A stretch of 64,000 nt of DNA from Rhizodiscina lignyota (taxonomy: Eukaryota): positions 1,088,453 through 1,152,452 of the forward strand of contig ML978122.1 in the NCBI GenBank assembly GCA_010015805.1, in the 5' to 3' direction. This document shows positions 59,946 through 64,000 of the stretch, piece by piece. Position numbers and translations under genes: made by a program. The notes under the pieces are model-generated. The model worked only from the letters and a program-made list of their open reading frames with translations, was not told where the DNA came from and did no database searches. The number at the start of each line of letters is the position of its first letter. The stretch's first letter is position 1.

Positions 59946-62462
59946 ATGGCGAGCCAATACATCGGCGTAGCCGTTCTCATCACTCTCAGGAACCCGTCGA
60001 ACATACAGGTGCAGGGCGTGGTCGCGAACATTATACCCGATTCGCAGACTCTCATTCTTCGAGATGGTATGTATTTCCCGTTCACTTCGCACAGAACCGT
60101 CTTTAATAATGGTACAGTTCTCTTTCCCGCAGATGGTCGCCGTATGCCGACCTGCAGCGTCGAAGGCGCGCAGATCGCAGACATCCGCCTCGTTGAGAAT
60201 CCGCCGCTTCCTCCACAGCAATCCGCTCAACCTCCAGTCCCTTCTCTTCAGACCAACCAAGTAGCAGCTGCACAATCTCAACCAGTCTCTGCTGCTGCGA
60301 CGCCGACACAAGCCTCTCAACCTTTCGTCGACCCTGCAATCGTAAGCATGGGCAAGAGACCGTCGATCCAATCAACGAGATCGAGCTTTCAAACTGGACC
60401 TCCATTCCCAGCCTCAGTTCAAGAAGCACCTGCCACTCCTATGAAACCTGCTGCTGCCGCCGTTCCACCCCCAAAACGATCCGCACATGTCGGTGCTTCA
60501 AATCATCCAACAGGTCCTCGTAATGCCGCTGCGACACTCACGGCGCCCTTCTCTGGCTTGGATATTGGTGACAATGCAGAGACTTTGGATGACTCGGAGG
60601 AGCCCACCATTGTAGACAATGGCGTTCGCAGAGTTAGTATCACCAAGACGAGGACTGGCAAGCCAATGGACGGACCTTCGGAGATGCCACACAAGAAGTC
60701 CGGTCGCAATAAGAGAAACAAAAAGAGGCAGGAGCAGGGATCCCAGGATTTCGGAGTACCAGAATCGTCTCCAGAAGCCGTACGCAAGGGTACGAATGCT
60801 AGCACTCAGTATCGTGGAAAAGGCTGGAGGCAGACGCCAATCCTGCGTGAAGCTAGCGAGCCAATTTCATCCAAGACGCCCGGCGTCATCACTGGAAATG
60901 TTGGTCAGGCCGCAATCAAGTCATCACGTAGGATGCAAAATCATCAGAGGAAGCTAGAAGCGCAACAGAATGGCTGGGCCACCGAAGACGCAACAGATAT
61001 CCAAGAGATGCCCGAGTTTGACTTCCAGTCCAACCTAAACAAGTTCGACAAGCGGGCTGTATTCGACCAGATCCGCAACGAGGATACGACGGCAGACGAC
61101 GAACGCCTCGTGAGCTTCAATCGCCTCCCTGCACGACCAGGTACGCATGGCGGAAAGAACCTTCATCCTACCGAAAACGTCCTCAGCAGCCAAAACGTGA
61201 AGAACGCGAGCAAGAGAAGCAGTCAGACCGACACCTCGAGCGATGAATTCGACTTCGATAGCGCCCGCAATTCAAGGACAATGTCGCGTGCATCCAGTAA
61301 ACGTGGTCCACTCCGCTCAAACAGCAATCTCGCAGATGAAACCCTGCCTACCCGCTCAAGGTCCTCTATCACAGGCCTTGGTGTACCGCGAACGGCTTAC
61401 TCTTCACACAGCCATAGCCATGGTTCTCCGAACATTGGCAGCAGCACCCATTTCACACCTCCAACGTCTCCCCCTGTCGAGCGCGGTCCCCCGCACCAGG
61501 CACCCACCCAGTCCCATTTCCTACTCTCACACTCTGGAAGGACGTGCCCGACCATCACGCCTGGTGGCATGCTGGCCGTGGAAGAATTAGCAGAGGTTGA
61601 GTTTGGCATACCTCCAGGCATCTTGACCGAGAATGCGGGCAGGGGCATTGCAGAAGTCATGCTCGCGGCGCTGAATCCAGGAGGCCTGAGACTGGCAAGG
61701 GAGAACGTTGCGCTGAACGCGAGGCCAGTGTGTATTGTGCTGGCAGGAAATCATAAAGCTGGTGCAAGAGCAGTGGCTGCGTCAAGACATCTCTCAGGTC
61801 GAGGTGTGAAGGTCATGGTGTGCGTGCTAGAATTTGACAAGGTACACACAGGCTCTGGCATGGAGCTTGACCGAGAGTTGAAGGTGCAGCTAGATATTGT
61901 TAGGAAGCTGGGCGGTACAGTGAAGAGCTGGGCAGATGTGAAGAGATGGCTGCATGGAGGTGAAGCGCCAGTCGAGGGTGTGCTGGATGCACTCCTTCCG
62001 CTTGGCAAGACATTTGAAGAGCTGGGCCCGTATCAGGATGATGCGATGGAAATGGTGGTATGGGTCAACTCTGGAACTGGGAAGGTGGTAGTCAGCGTGG
62101 ATGTGCCGAGTGGCGTAAACGGCAGCACCGGTGAGATTTTGCTTGACATGCTTTACATTTATCCACCTTCGTTGACCGATCGTGCTGCAGGCGAGACCAA
62201 CTATGACGCTTTGAACGCGGGACCATTCGCCATCAAGGCAAAACACATTGCCTGTGTCGGCGCCCCGAGGATCGGTCTCCTCCGCGCCCTTCAGCGAGCG
62301 AGCAACCCTGCGTCAGGCGAGCCCCGTCCCGATTGGTCTCTATGGGCCATCGATATCGGCATCAACAAGGCCTGGAAGCAGTTCGGATCGGTGGGAGGAA
62401 GAGGAGTGAGATTTGGCGGCGAGTGGGTTGCTCCAATCACATTTGTGAGCGGAGAGGCCTAA
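59946..62462 (+). CDS. EDC3: Enhancer of mRNA decapping Edc3 (LSm, FDF, YjeF_N domains)
   Basis: MASQYIG LSm start; GWATEDATDIQEMPEFDFQSNLNKFDK FDF motif; ENAGRGIA, LAGNHKAGARAVAASRHL, SVDVPSG YjeF_N. Likely introns 60067-60117 and 62131-62190. Confidence 0.93.
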   Translation: MASQYIGVAVLITLRNPSNIQVQGVVANIIPDSQTLILRDGMYFPFTSHRTVFNNGTVLFPADGRRMPTCSVEGAQIADIRLVENPPLPPQQSAQPPVPSLQTNQVAAAQSQPVSAAATPTQASQPFVDPAIVSMGKRPSIQSTRSSFQTGPPFPASVQEAPATPMKPAAAAVPPPKRSAHVGASNHPTGPRNAAATLTAPFSGLDIGDNAETLDDSEEPTIVDNGVRRVSITKTRTGKPMDGPSEMPHKKSGRNKRNKKRQEQGSQDFGVPESSPEAVRKGTNASTQYRGKGWRQTPILREASEPISSKTPGVITGNVGQAAIKSSRRMQNHQRKLEAQQNGWATEDATDIQEMPEFDFQSNLNKFDKRAVFDQIRNEDTTADDERLVSFNRLPARPGTHGGKNLHPTENVLSSQNVKNASKRSSQTDTSSDEFDFDSARNSRTMSRASSKRGPLRSNSNLADETLPTRSRSSITGLGVPRTAYSSHSHSHGSPNIGSSTHFTPPTSPPVERGPPHQAPTQSHFLLSHSGRTCPTITPGGMLAVEELAEVEFGIPPGILTENAGRGIAEVMLAALNPGGLRLARENVALNARPVCIVLAGNHKAGARAVAASRHLSGRGVKVMVCVLEFDKVHTGSGMELDRELKVQLDIVRKLGGTVKSWADVKRWLHGGEAPVEGVLDALLPLGKTFEELGPYQDDAMEMVVWVNSGTGKVVVSVDVPSGVNGSTGEILLDMLYIYPPSLTDRAAGETNYDALNAGPFAIKAKHIACVGAPRIGLLRALQRASNPASGEPRPDWSLWAIDIGINKAWKQFGSVGGRGVRFGGEWVAPITFVSGEA

Positions 62463-63052
62463 GGAGTCGAACTTCATACAGTCACACGCTTGGGGAAATT
62501 ATGATGCTCTTGGATGGGATGCGCTTGAGGTTTTGCTTGGCATAGCGCAGGCGTTCTTGAATTTTTGAGGATTACCTCTGGATTTTTGCTTAAAAGCTTC
62601 ACGATTGACGACAATGCTTGTCGAGACTTCGAAAGAAGGCCGAGGAATGACACGTGCGGCCTTGTCGCTTTCTCAGGCTTTCTTTGTGTTGTACAGTAGT
62701 AAGTACCGCCCTCACTTTGGCAGTACAGAGGACAATCAATGACATGATCCCATACATTTTCAAATCTTTGCTTGCTATCTGATCCGGTGAGAGGTATTCT
62801 AATCTCTCGCTGGAAGTGGTGTCGATTGCTCGCAGTCTCTGAGTACTGGCTTCGACCGGTGACAAACAGGTTCGCCGCCGCTTTCAAGACGCCGAACAGC
62901 TAGAATATATGGCTTCTACAACGAATACAGCGTACAGGTTTTCCAAAGGTCAGTTGTTGCTATTTACACTCCAAAGAACGTAGCCCTGCGCTTTCAGATA
63001 TAATCTTCCTTTCGTCTTCAAGGATAAGCACTATCCTGGCCAGCTTTGTGAA

Positions 63053-63851
63053 CTACCATATGGCTTCTCCATGCAGCCATTCCTTCATCCAGGATACCTG
63101 CGCATTTTTTGCTCTGACCATCGCTCTGCGTTCCTTCACGTCCTTTGGGTTGCCCCGGGTTGCAAAAGCATGCGAGACGCCAGAGAAGTACTGGTAGTCA
63201 TACGGTAGCCCCTTCGTCGGGATAACGTCATTTGCGTACTTCTTCAGCTCTGGTGTGAACGTCTCGTCGTGTTCTGGGGCGACGATCTGTACTGGAACAC
63301 CGATGTCATCGATGTATTCCTTCGACAGCCAGGTGGGGTGCGCAGTGGAAACGCAATTCACAAGAGGTGGATCATGTCTTGGACCCGAGGCGAAAGCCAG
63401 ACCATCCGCCGTAGCAGTAGCCAATCACTCCGACGCGTTCATATTGCGATCTCAAGGCTTGGGCGCACGAGAGAATCTCGGGCCAGCGCATCTCGGGGCC
63501 ATTACGGCCAACCCAGGATTTCAAGTCGAACGCCGAAGGTCCTTTCTCGGCTAGTATTTCGCTGTCAATAACTTCACCACCAAAGCTAGATTCTGTGAGA
63601 ATCCTGATGAGTTTCTGAGTCCGGTATGGGACTTACAAGTCCGGCAGATAGACAGTCGCGTCAGCCTCTTTCGCATAGTGATCAGATAAGAGCCTCGTGT
63701 TCCAACCAAACAGGTCAGCAATGACCATTATGGCAATCTTGGAATTTGAGCCCGTGATGTAGGCATTGTTATCAGCCAGTTTTGCCTCTTTGCCAATAGG
63801 GGTGCCATCCCATTCGAACCCACGAAGGCAGCATTCCGACGGTCCCGGCAT
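63053..63851 (-). pseudogene. Dienelactone hydrolase family gene with frameshift
   Basis: CCLRGFEWDGTP, DLFGW, YLPDF|FGGE, GYCYGG nucleophile elbow, then stop at 63372-63374. HDPPLVNCVSTAHP, APEHD, HAFATRG continue in another frame. Intron 63586-63636. Confidence 0.8.
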
Positions 63852-64000
63852 TGTCAGCGTTGGCTTTTCTTCCAGAATCACAAGCGAAGAGAGTGATAGT
63901 GAGAATTACTCCGATGGATTGACTTTGACAGATGAGAGATCACCGCAATTAATACAGGACGAGTTCACAGCACGGATGAAATAGAAACCGAGAGGATTAA

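Overview
Eukaryotic DNA from a filamentous ascomycete (Pezizomycotina-type short GT-AG introns with CTRAC/CTAAC branch points), gene-dense, with about 27 protein-coding loci. Intact housekeeping genes: ESCRT-III Vps2/Did4, PP2C Ptc1, AMPK gamma Snf4, Tul1/Dsc1 RING ligase, a C2H2 transcription factor, SNARE Use1, a Dnf1/2-type flippase, NudC, mitochondrial AspRS, AP180/ANTH adaptor and Edc3. These are interleaved with accessory genes: TauD dioxygenase, VOC/glyoxalase, an isochorismatase + Zn2Cys6 + secreted amidohydrolase trio, a lysozyme-like secreted protein, GH30_7 xylanase, GH78 rhamnosidase, NmrA-like, F-box, Jen1 and dienelactone hydrolase. The most unusual part is 36.7-42.4 kb: a decayed CorA-like membrane protein gene with a 90-bp tandem duplication, a PIF/Harbinger-like MITE with RIP-like transitions, and an intronless HET-domain gene. 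Three accessory genes carry frameshifts, while the core genes I spliced by hand read through cleanly. Two genes need GC-AG introns. No rRNA, tRNA or CRISPR array was recognised. Gene models were spliced by eye and family names come from motif recognition, not database searches.
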